Assembly: GCA_963713725.1 (NCBI GenBank)
Contig: CAVQMZ010000006.1
Location: forward strand, 227,591 to 291,590
DNA from: an uncultured Bacteroidota bacterium
GTDB taxonomy: Bacteria > Bacteroidota > Bacteroidia > Bacteroidales > GCA-2748055
Length of the DNA: 64,000 nt
Direction: 5' to 3'
Below, one piece after another: positions 56,934 to 64,000 of the stretch. The position numbers and the translations under genes were made by a program. Within the stretch, counting starts at the first letter, position 1, and every line of letters begins with the position of its first letter. Under the pieces are notes generated by a model that was not told the DNA's origin, searched no databases, and saw only the letters and a program-made list of their open reading frames with translations.

Positions 56934-57986
56934 ATGAAAACGATATTGGTAACAGGTGGTGCAGGTTTTATTGGTTCCCATGTGTTAAGAAAGCTTGTGT
57001 TAGGGCATCCCGAATACCAGATAATCAATCTTGACAACCTGACCTATGCAGGTAACCTTGAAAATCTGGAGGATATCAAGGATCAATCCAACTACCTTTT
57101 TGTAAAGGGCGACATCGTAGACGCTGCCTTCCTGGCAGAGCTCTTTAAGGCACACAAAATCGAGGGTGTGATCCACCTGGCGGCCGAGTCGCATGTGGAC
57201 CGCTCCATTGAAAGTCCCATGGATTTCATCCACACTAACATCATTGGAACCGTGAACCTGCTCAACGCCTGCAGGACCACATGGAAGGATCAAATGGAGG
57301 GAAAATTATTCTATCATATATCAACCGATGAGGTATATGGCAGCCTGGGATCTGAGGGGCTCTTCACCGAAGAAACTGCCTATGATCCCCGCAGTCCTTA
57401 CTCGGCCTCCAAGGCCAGTTCGGACCACCTGGTAAGGGCCTATCACCATACCTTCGGCCTCCCGGTGGTGCTTTCAAACTGTTCAAATAATTATGGTCCC
57501 AACCAGTTTCCCGAGAAACTGATTCCACTGGCCATCCATAACATCATCCATATGAAACCCATTCCCATCTACGGAAAGGGAGAGAATATCAGGGACTGGC
57601 TCTTTGTAAAGGATCATGCAGATGCCATTGAACAAATATTCCACAAAGGTGAGACCGGAAAAACCTATAATATCGGGGGAATCAACGAGTGGACAAACAT
57701 TGATCTGATCAGGCTGCTCTGCCGCATCATGGACTCCAAGCTTCAACGCCCGGAAGGTACATCAGCAGGCCTGATCACCTACGTAAAGGACCGCGCAGGT
57801 CACGACCTGAGGTATGCCATCGACAGCAGCAGGATTACAAAGGAATTGGGCTGGACCCCCTCTCTTAAATTCGAGGAGGGGCTGGAACTTACCGTTGACT
57901 GGTACCTGGAAAACCAGGAGTGGATGGAACGCGTTACCTCAGGTGCTTACCAGAGCTATTATCAGAAACAATACGAAGAGAGGTGA
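56934..57986 (+). CDS. rfbB: dTDP-glucose 4,6-dehydratase
   Basis: ILVTGGAGFIGSH, HLAAESHVDRS, STDEVYG, YSASKASSDHL. Confidence 0.9.
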   Translation: MKTILVTGGAGFIGSHVLRKLVLGHPEYQIINLDNLTYAGNLENLEDIKDQSNYLFVKGDIVDAAFLAELFKAHKIEGVIHLAAESHVDRSIESPMDFIHTNIIGTVNLLNACRTTWKDQMEGKLFYHISTDEVYGSLGSEGLFTEETAYDPRSPYSASKASSDHLVRAYHHTFGLPVVLSNCSNNYGPNQFPEKLIPLAIHNIIHMKPIPIYGKGENIRDWLFVKDHADAIEQIFHKGETGKTYNIGGINEWTNIDLIRLLCRIMDSKLQRPEGTSAGLITYVKDRAGHDLRYAIDSSRITKELGWTPSLKFEEGLELTVDWYLENQEWMERVTSGAYQSYYQKQYEER

Positions 57987-58067
57987 AAAAATGCCCGCCT
58001 ATCGGCGAGCGTTAGTAGGTTAATGGTTAGAGGTTAGTGGATAGTTTCGATCCTAACATAATAACAT

Positions 58068-58125
58068 ACTAACCCCTAACTTTACTAACCCCTAACTTAT
58101 TAACCCCTAACTAACTAACCCTAAC
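58068..58125. repeat. 16-nt tandem repeat (ACTAACCCCTAACTTT) x3 plus a partial unit, with an inverted partner at 58025-58040
   Basis: Units start at 58068, 58084 and 58100, with a degenerate unit at 58113. GGTTAGAGGTTAGTGG at 58025-58040 is the near reverse complement of the unit core. Confidence 0.8.
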
Positions 58126-58148
58126 GTGACCCGAACTTTTAACAACTT

Positions 58149-60038
58149 TTATTTCCTCGGCAGGCCTGAAACATCCAGTCTGGTATTTGGCATGCTCATA
58201 TCCTTTGTGTCTTTTACAGTCAGGATAATATCATTAAAGTCGTGATCACATGATTCGGCGTTAACCCTGATATCTTCAAATGTCAGCACGATATCATCAC
58301 AATCACTACTTAAAAACAGGGTTGACTGCTGAGCCTGGTCCTTGTTAAAGATTTTGTCTGTGAACTGTGTATAAACACCCTCTACTGTCAGACCGTTTTT
58401 CCATCCCTGGGCAACAATGTAAAAACCGATTACGGTTCCTGCCGGAAAGCTTCCTTCACCCAGTTGTACACGGTCACCAAAGTCCAGTCCGCCGCCTTCT
58501 CCAACTTTTGATACGTTTGGAAATACGATGTTCATTTCAAAATCATCGATGCTTTGCGGGGGGTTATCCTCAGGATAGGTATAATAACCGAAAGTATTTC
58601 TCCATCCGGCTCCTTCATCAATGAATGAAACATAAACCGGCGTTTCCTCTGTCACCTTGATATTCAGGACAGCGCTTTCACTGAAAAGGTCAGCATGAAT
58701 ATCTCTTACATCCACCCTCTCGGGGAATAATTCTGAAATATTTCCCATTAATGATTCACAGGGATCGGTAGGCTCAACATCGTCGGGAACCCCTTCGTCA
58801 ATACTTATTGCAAGAATTTTTAATCCTCCCAGTCCGGTGGCAACAAAAATCACACTGTCTTTGGATTCCACAAAATTTGCGGATTGGGCTTCGCCAAATT
58901 CCATAGCCCCCAACATCCATAAGTTATCTTCATCTTCTGTAATCAGTCCGCCAACATAAATACCGGACTCACCATTTCCTATCAACACAAGGTCGCCATT
59001 GAGTGATACACTATTGGTAACATGGTTTTCATCCAGAGCACCGGAGGGTGTTTCTGGTTTTGGAATGCTTTGTTTCAGGCTCCCATCGAGATTGAGAATG
59101 GAAAGACCTCCCTCATTCAATGCGGCAAAAATGTACTCATCTGAAACAGCGATTTCAGATTTAGATTCCGGGATGCTGGCTCCGCCAACATTATAGGTTT
59201 CAATATAAGAGGCATCAGCCAGGTTGAATACATTCACACGCCCTTCCTGACCCTGCAATACATAGAGGTAATCTTTATTTGCATCAACTGAACGGGCATC
59301 GGAGATTTCCTCCTTACCTGCTTTAGCATAAGCGGCATCAAAAATAGTGAGATCTCCAGTGGAACCGCTGGTTGTATATATTCGACTGGCTGCTACCTTA
59401 ATATCGGTTCCTGCAAAGGAAGAAATATCGATAATGGCATCTACTTTTTCAAAGGCCATCGTTGCATCCAGTGATATCACTTCCATAAATGCGGGCGAGA
59501 CAAAGCCTTTTTCTTCAAAGTCTCCTGTTGCACCAACCACATAAATTTTTCCATCTGCATAGTCTACTGCACTTACATCAGTATTTGGAAGAATGGCGCT
59601 TGAAATAATCACCGGATTCTTTATATCAGAAACATCAAATATTTCTATACCACCCTGCCATTTTGGCCCGCGGGTGTTATAGGTAACAAAAGCATAATCA
59701 TCTTTGATGGTGACATGGGTTGCCTGCAGGGTATTACCCTCGTAAACCGGAGGATCAACTTCGGCCCTTAATTTAAAAGCATAATTCTTTGTCAGGTCGA
59801 TTTCCGGAAAAGCACCAGTGCCCTTAAACTGTGAGGAATTTTCCTTATCCACAATGGGTACTATTTCATTTTTGTACCTTATTCTTGCGTCCAGCTGGGC
59901 ACGATTGCTATTGATCAGCAAATTCCCATTTTCAATATATTCACCCTCTTGATTATCATTTGCTAAGGGATCTTTTTCGCAACTAAGCAGCGTAAATACG
60001 GCAAATAATATAAAAATTACTTTTCCAGGATTTTTCAT
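58149..60038 (-). CDS. lipoprotein with LVIVD-type beta-propeller repeats and a C-terminal DUF4114 domain
   Basis: Lipobox FAVFTLLSC. It has repeated YAFVTYN..GGIEIFDVSD / KIYVVGA / YLYVLQG..GRVNVFNL blocks. The C-terminus reads GWRNTFGYYTY...FYIVAQGW...CDHDFNDIILTV. Confidence 0.6.
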   Translation of the reverse strand: MKNPGKVIFILFAVFTLLSCEKDPLANDNQEGEYIENGNLLINSNRAQLDARIRYKNEIVPIVDKENSSQFKGTGAFPEIDLTKNYAFKLRAEVDPPVYEGNTLQATHVTIKDDYAFVTYNTRGPKWQGGIEIFDVSDIKNPVIISSAILPNTDVSAVDYADGKIYVVGATGDFEEKGFVSPAFMEVISLDATMAFEKVDAIIDISSFAGTDIKVAASRIYTTSGSTGDLTIFDAAYAKAGKEEISDARSVDANKDYLYVLQGQEGRVNVFNLADASYIETYNVGGASIPESKSEIAVSDEYIFAALNEGGLSILNLDGSLKQSIPKPETPSGALDENHVTNSVSLNGDLVLIGNGESGIYVGGLITEDEDNLWMLGAMEFGEAQSANFVESKDSVIFVATGLGGLKILAISIDEGVPDDVEPTDPCESLMGNISELFPERVDVRDIHADLFSESAVLNIKVTEETPVYVSFIDEGAGWRNTFGYYTYPEDNPPQSIDDFEMNIVFPNVSKVGEGGGLDFGDRVQLGEGSFPAGTVIGFYIVAQGWKNGLTVEGVYTQFTDKIFNKDQAQQSTLFLSSDCDDIVLTFEDIRVNAESCDHDFNDIILTVKDTKDMSMPNTRLDVSGLPRK

Positions 60039-60223
60039 GGCTTATCTTTAAGTTATTCTCTTGTCCCTTTTACTTGAATTCTTCAGGAAAGTTGCGTTTA
60101 AGCCTTCTAGTTTTGACAAAACACCCTTTTTTTAGCATGGGAAGAGCGATTGCTGAGAGGGTCCATCATCACTGGAAAAGGGCATTTGGTGGAAAATATT
60201 TAATGATACTGATCCCCTGGAAA

Positions 60224-62060
60224 CTACTCCACGGTGACGGATTTGGCCAGGTTCCTGGGCTGATCCACATCACATCCCCTGATCACAGCAATGTGATAGG
60301 CGATGAGCTGCAGGGGTACCACGGATGGTATAGCCACCAGGGCCTCATCGGTCTGAGGAATCTCAATCACATGGTCGGCCATGTTGCGGATTTCCGTATC
60401 CCCTTCGGTTACTATGGCGATAACCACACCATTGCGGGCCTTTACTTCCTGGATGTTGCTCACAATCTTCTCATAGGAGCTGTCATGGTTGGCAATAAAT
60501 ACCACGGGCATTTTCTCGTCAATCAAGGCAATGGGTCCGTGTTTCATCTCCGCAGCGGGATAACCTTCCGCATGGATGTAGGAAATTTCCTTCAGCTTTA
60601 ATGCTCCCTCAAGGGCCACCGGGAAAGAAACTCCGCGTCCCAGGTAAAGGGCATTGGTTGAATCCTTATAGATTTCAGCAATTCGTTTGAACTCATCATT
60701 CTGTTCCAGGATCTTTTCAATTTTTTCCGGTATGGCATTCAGCTCACTGATCAGCTCAGCGAAGCGTGCATCGGAAAGTAGTTTTTTCTCCCGCCCGATC
60801 ATAATGGCCATCATGGTAAGCACGGTCACCTGGGCGGTAAAGGCCTTGGTGGAGGCCACACCAATCTCGGTACCGGCGTGGGTATAAACCCCGGCGTTGG
60901 TTTCCCTTGATATACTCGATCCGGCCACATTGCATATTCCCAGAACCAGGGCGCCTTTATCCTTGGCCAGCTGAATGGCTGCCAGGGTATCGGCTGTTTC
61001 ACCACTCTGAGAGATGGCAATCACCACGTCATCGGGACCAATCATGGGATTGCGGTACCTGAATTCGGAAGCATATTCCACCTCAACGGCTATTCTTGCC
61101 AGATCCTCCAGGAGATATTCCCCCACCAGTCCTGCATGCCAGGAGGTTCCGCAGGCAATGATTACGATCCGCCTGGCATTCACCAGCTGGTCCTTCACAT
61201 CGTGCAGACCACCCAGCTTGATTTCATTGCTGTCGGGAATGATCCTTCCCCGGAAAGTATCCTTGATGGAGCGGGGCTGTTCGAAAATCTCCTTCAGCAT
61301 AAAGTGTTCAAAACCCTGCTTCTCAATCTCTGAAATTCCCAGATCAAGGGTTTGTATATTAATACTGGTGTTATCTGAAGTAAGATTCTTCAGGACCAGC
61401 TCATCCCTGCGTATCAGGGCAATATCATCATTGTTCAGGTAGATTACCCGGTCGGTGTACTCCACAATGGGAGTGGCATCGGAGGCGATGAAATATTCCT
61501 TGTTTCCCAGGCCGATCACCAGGGGAGAGCTTCGGCGGGCAGCGATCATCAGGTTGGGTTCCTCACTGGAAAGCACAACCAGTCCATAAGCGCCAATTAC
61601 TTTTTGAAGGGCACTGGATACGGCCACTTCCACACTCACAGTCCTGACTGGTGTAAATATACTCGATCAGGTTGGCCAGTACCTCGGTATCGGTCTCAGA
61701 GTAAAAGCTCATACCTTTATCGATGAGGCCCTGCTTCAGCACGGCATAATTCTCAATAATACCGTTATGGATGATGGTAAACAAACCCTTCTCTGAGCGA
61801 TGCGGGTGGGCATTTAAATCGCTGGGTTCTCCATGGGTGGCCCACCTTGTGTGGCCGATTCCAATGGTACTCAGGGTTTCTTTTCCCCGGACAAAATCTT
61901 CAAGTTCCTGAACTTTCCCCTTTTTCTTATATATGGATATGTCTCCGTTGAGAAGGGCTACTCCTGCCGAATCATAACCCCGGTATTCCAGTCTCTTTAA
62001 TCCTTTAATCAGTATCGGGTAAGCATCCTTGCTACCGATATAACCTACTATGCCACACAT
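60224..62060 (-). CDS. glmS: glutamine--fructose-6-phosphate aminotransferase, one frameshift near 61640-61650
   Basis: MCGIVGYIG (Ntn Cys), two SIS domains and the C-terminal NLAKSVTVE. ORFs 61563-62060 and 60224-61639 join at ..EYIYTSQD / VEVAVSSALQKVIGAYG. Confidence 0.9.
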
Positions 62061-62063
62061 TTG

Positions 62064-63441
62064 TTAATCCACTTTTATGTATACTATCTCCAGCCTTATA
62101 CGTTTAGGATTGGTATAAAGGTTACTCCAAATCTTAGAAACTTCTGGTTTTGTTTTAGAAGAGTAGGTTTGCAGCACAAAACTGTTGGGTAAATCGACTC
62201 CGTCGACCATGGACTGAAAGTGAAGTGGAATATTAAAACGGTAGTTAAAAGTCGTATCAAAAAACATCCCCTTGGATTCGGCCCTCAGTTGCCCGCCGAA
62301 CTGGCTGTCATCCCCTGAAGTTCCCTGGTAGATTACCCGTAAATCCTGAAGAGGCACGGTACTGTTCGCTTCCTCTAAAGACAATATCAACAGGCGAGAA
62401 GCCAGATCCTGGGGAGGCAGTCCGCCCAATTCTTCCGGGTAGGTGTCAAAGACCAGTGAGGCTGAATTAATCGCCACTTTGCTTCCTTCCTCCTCAAGCC
62501 ACTCGTCCAGCCCACCAAAAGAGAAAGCTGTATTCAATCCTGCCATTCCCTGTACCATGCAGTAGGGTGATTCTATTTCCGGATTGTCTATAATCCCCTC
62601 CACTGCAGTGCCCGAATAGTCATGCTCAAAGACATTGATTTTCTGTGAAGTGAACTCATTCACCGTAAAAGTAGCCCAGCGAAAGTCCCGCTCAATGGTT
62701 GAGTCTACCTCTGTACTGTCATTGGCATACTTCATCGACAGGCGGGTAATAATGTTGGAGGGTAAGACAACAGCAACTGCTCCTTCACTTGATGCTGAAG
62801 TAGCGGTTACATAAAAGCCCTTGAAGTAGTCTTTAAAAATACTGTCATTGGCAAACAAAGCGCTGTCATCCTGCACATCCAGAAATTTTTGAATAAAGGC
62901 CTGGTTCTTGTATGAGCATGGGAACCGTATCCCCTTTCTGTGGCGTAATGGTTACCTCGGCCAGGATTTCAGGATCATATGCCCCTTCTGTCTGGAAGTT
63001 GGAGTAATAAATTGAATCCTTATAGATGCGTTTGATGGATTCATGTAATTGTATGGTAAAAGGCGCCTCGTCATCTCCGTAATAATCTGAAATATAAAGG
63101 GAGAACATAAGAGAGTCTATTTCCGTATTGGGAGCCGGTTTGTAGCTCAATGTGGTATTAATATGAGTAAAAAGACTTGCCTCAGAAATTCCGGTAAGGG
63201 TATCTGTCAGTGTTCCAAGCAGGTAAGGTATTGCCGGATTCAGACTATGGTCAGAAGTCTCAAGTGGTAATCCGGATATGGTGTATGCAGGAATCTCAAT
63301 AATGGTATCATGAAACAGGAAAACCTGGTCACCCGGAGGTAAAAGATCCTGCCCCAGTTCAGGCTCCCAGGCTGTACAGGATGAAAATAGCAAAATTGTG
63401 GTCAAAATGACCGCACCAACCCACAAATCCTTCTTCTTCAT
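62064..63441 (-). CDS. DUF4270-family lipoprotein, one frameshift near 62880-62905
   Basis: Lipobox LLFSSC. ORFs 62866-63441 and 62064-62876 join via frame +1 (SYKNQAFIQKFLDVQDDSALF). Its position between glycogen synthase and glmS is, as I recall, a conserved Bacteroidota neighbourhood. Confidence 0.6.
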
Positions 63442-63457
63442 CTTACTTTAAATGCAA

Positions 63458-64000
63458 TTAATCGTTGAGGATACTGTCATAGAAAACGGAGAACTTGTCT
63501 ACATATTCTGTATCAGCTAAATAATTAAGTGTGGGTTTCCCGGAATCCTTCATCACCTTTAATACCGAATCCGGCAATGTTTCGCTACCCTGAACCAGAC
63601 CGTCTGAATAGTTAGCAGCCAGGGTAACCAGGTTTCCATAACTGGGATCCTGCACAATGGATACATGTTCCGGGGAGACTCCATCCACAAGAAGCTTGTC
63701 CTTAAATGTTGGATCCAGGGGCTTATCGAAACCATTATTATACATCGAAAATACAACTTTTGAATCTGCAAAAAGCGGATCCTCACGGTAGGCTTTCTTT
63801 ATATAGAGGGGAACAAGTGAGGTGAACCAGCCATGGCAATGCACCAGGTCAGGAGACCAGCGCAGCTTACGAACTGTTTCAAGCACACCCCGGGCAAAGA
63901 AAATCATCCTTTCATCATTGTCCTTGAAAAATGCACCCTTTGCATCGGCAACGGTATGCTTACGATGAAAATAATCTTCATTGTCAATGAAGTATACCTG
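63458..64000 (-). CDS. glgA: glycogen/starch synthase (short Bacteroidota type), N-terminus beyond the window
   Basis: The frame is open to base 64000 (QVYFIDNEDYFHRKH...DERMIFFARGVLE..PDLVHCHGWFTSLVPLYIK). Confidence 0.7.
   Translation of the reverse strand, partial: QVYFIDNEDYFHRKHTVADAKGAFFKDNDERMIFFARGVLETVRKLRWSPDLVHCHGWFTSLVPLYIKKAYREDPLFADSKVVFSMYNNGFDKPLDPTFKDKLLVDGVSPEHVSIVQDPSYGNLVTLAANYSDGLVQGSETLPDSVLKVMKDSGKPTLNYLADTEYVDKFSVFYDSILND

Noticed and set aside
58068-58125. CCCTAA-type repeat as a genuine telomere or linear-replicon end.
   Set aside because: It has only about 3.5 units and is internal to the contig between two ordinary chromosomal genes. The unit is 16 nt rather than a pure hexamer array.
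61600-61660. glmS frameshift as programmed frameshifting or a regulatory feature (such as a ribozyme).
   Set aside because: The shift is in the middle of the coding region, between the glutaminase domain and the first SIS domain, with no slippery heptamer. The glmS ribozyme is a 5'-UTR element of Gram-positive bacteria. A sequencing indel is most likely because the gene is normally essential.

Overview
This is a 64-kb chromosomal segment that looks Bacteroidota-type. The evidence is T9SS type A and type B C-terminal sorting domains, TAnnTTTG -7 boxes upstream of several genes, and glycogen synthase-DUF4270-glmS synteny at the right end. I recognise about 45 protein genes. I found no rRNA, tRNA, CRISPR array, transposase or integrase. 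Layout from left to right: (1) An SDR gene. (2) Two divergently transcribed giant surface-protein genes (976-7406 minus, PKD array with type B CTD; 7494-13525 plus, CARDB-like modules with type A CTD), both broken into many ORF fragments. (3) A methyltransferase, a Crp/Fnr regulator and an Lnt-like membrane CN-hydrolase. (4) An AT-rich islet with a hicB-hicA cassette between a frameshifted yjbR-like gene and a dead FtsX-permease remnant. (5) A SulP/STAS transporter. (6) A tightly coupled operon of lysine 2,3-aminomutase, a GNAT-deacetylase fusion, two Ddl-like ATP-grasp ligases and a GNAT (20131-25621). This is my best candidate for an undescribed pathway, possibly a beta-lysine-derived product. 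(7) A decaying locus with a GH29-like remnant, a frameshifted TAT Gfo/Idh/MocA oxidoreductase and a frameshifted NapC/NirT tetrahaem-FGE fusion. (8) DUF1538 x2, a PII-like protein and a CBS protein. (9) A CorA with GTN in place of GMN. (10) A LytTR, CPBP and HExxH gene trio. (11) A TPR protein and a YihY protein. (12) An arginine decarboxylase, agmatinase and deoxyhypusine-synthase-like polyamine operon. (13) A NarL-type two-component system next to an octahaem lipoprotein cytochrome. (14) An esterase, yraN, metG and a SPOR protein. (15) A WbpE/D/B/A-like UDP-diacetamido-uronic acid block plus galE and rfbB. (16) A 16-nt tandem repeat. (17) An LVIVD/DUF4114 lipoprotein. (18) glmS (frameshifted), DUF4270 (frameshifted) and a partial glycogen synthase. 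A major caveat is that frame disruptions are frequent and clustered. Most junctions I inspected sit in short homopolymers, which suggests sequencing error. A few loci carry in-frame stops or deletions, which suggests real decay. All functional calls come from motif and family recognition by eye, with no database search.
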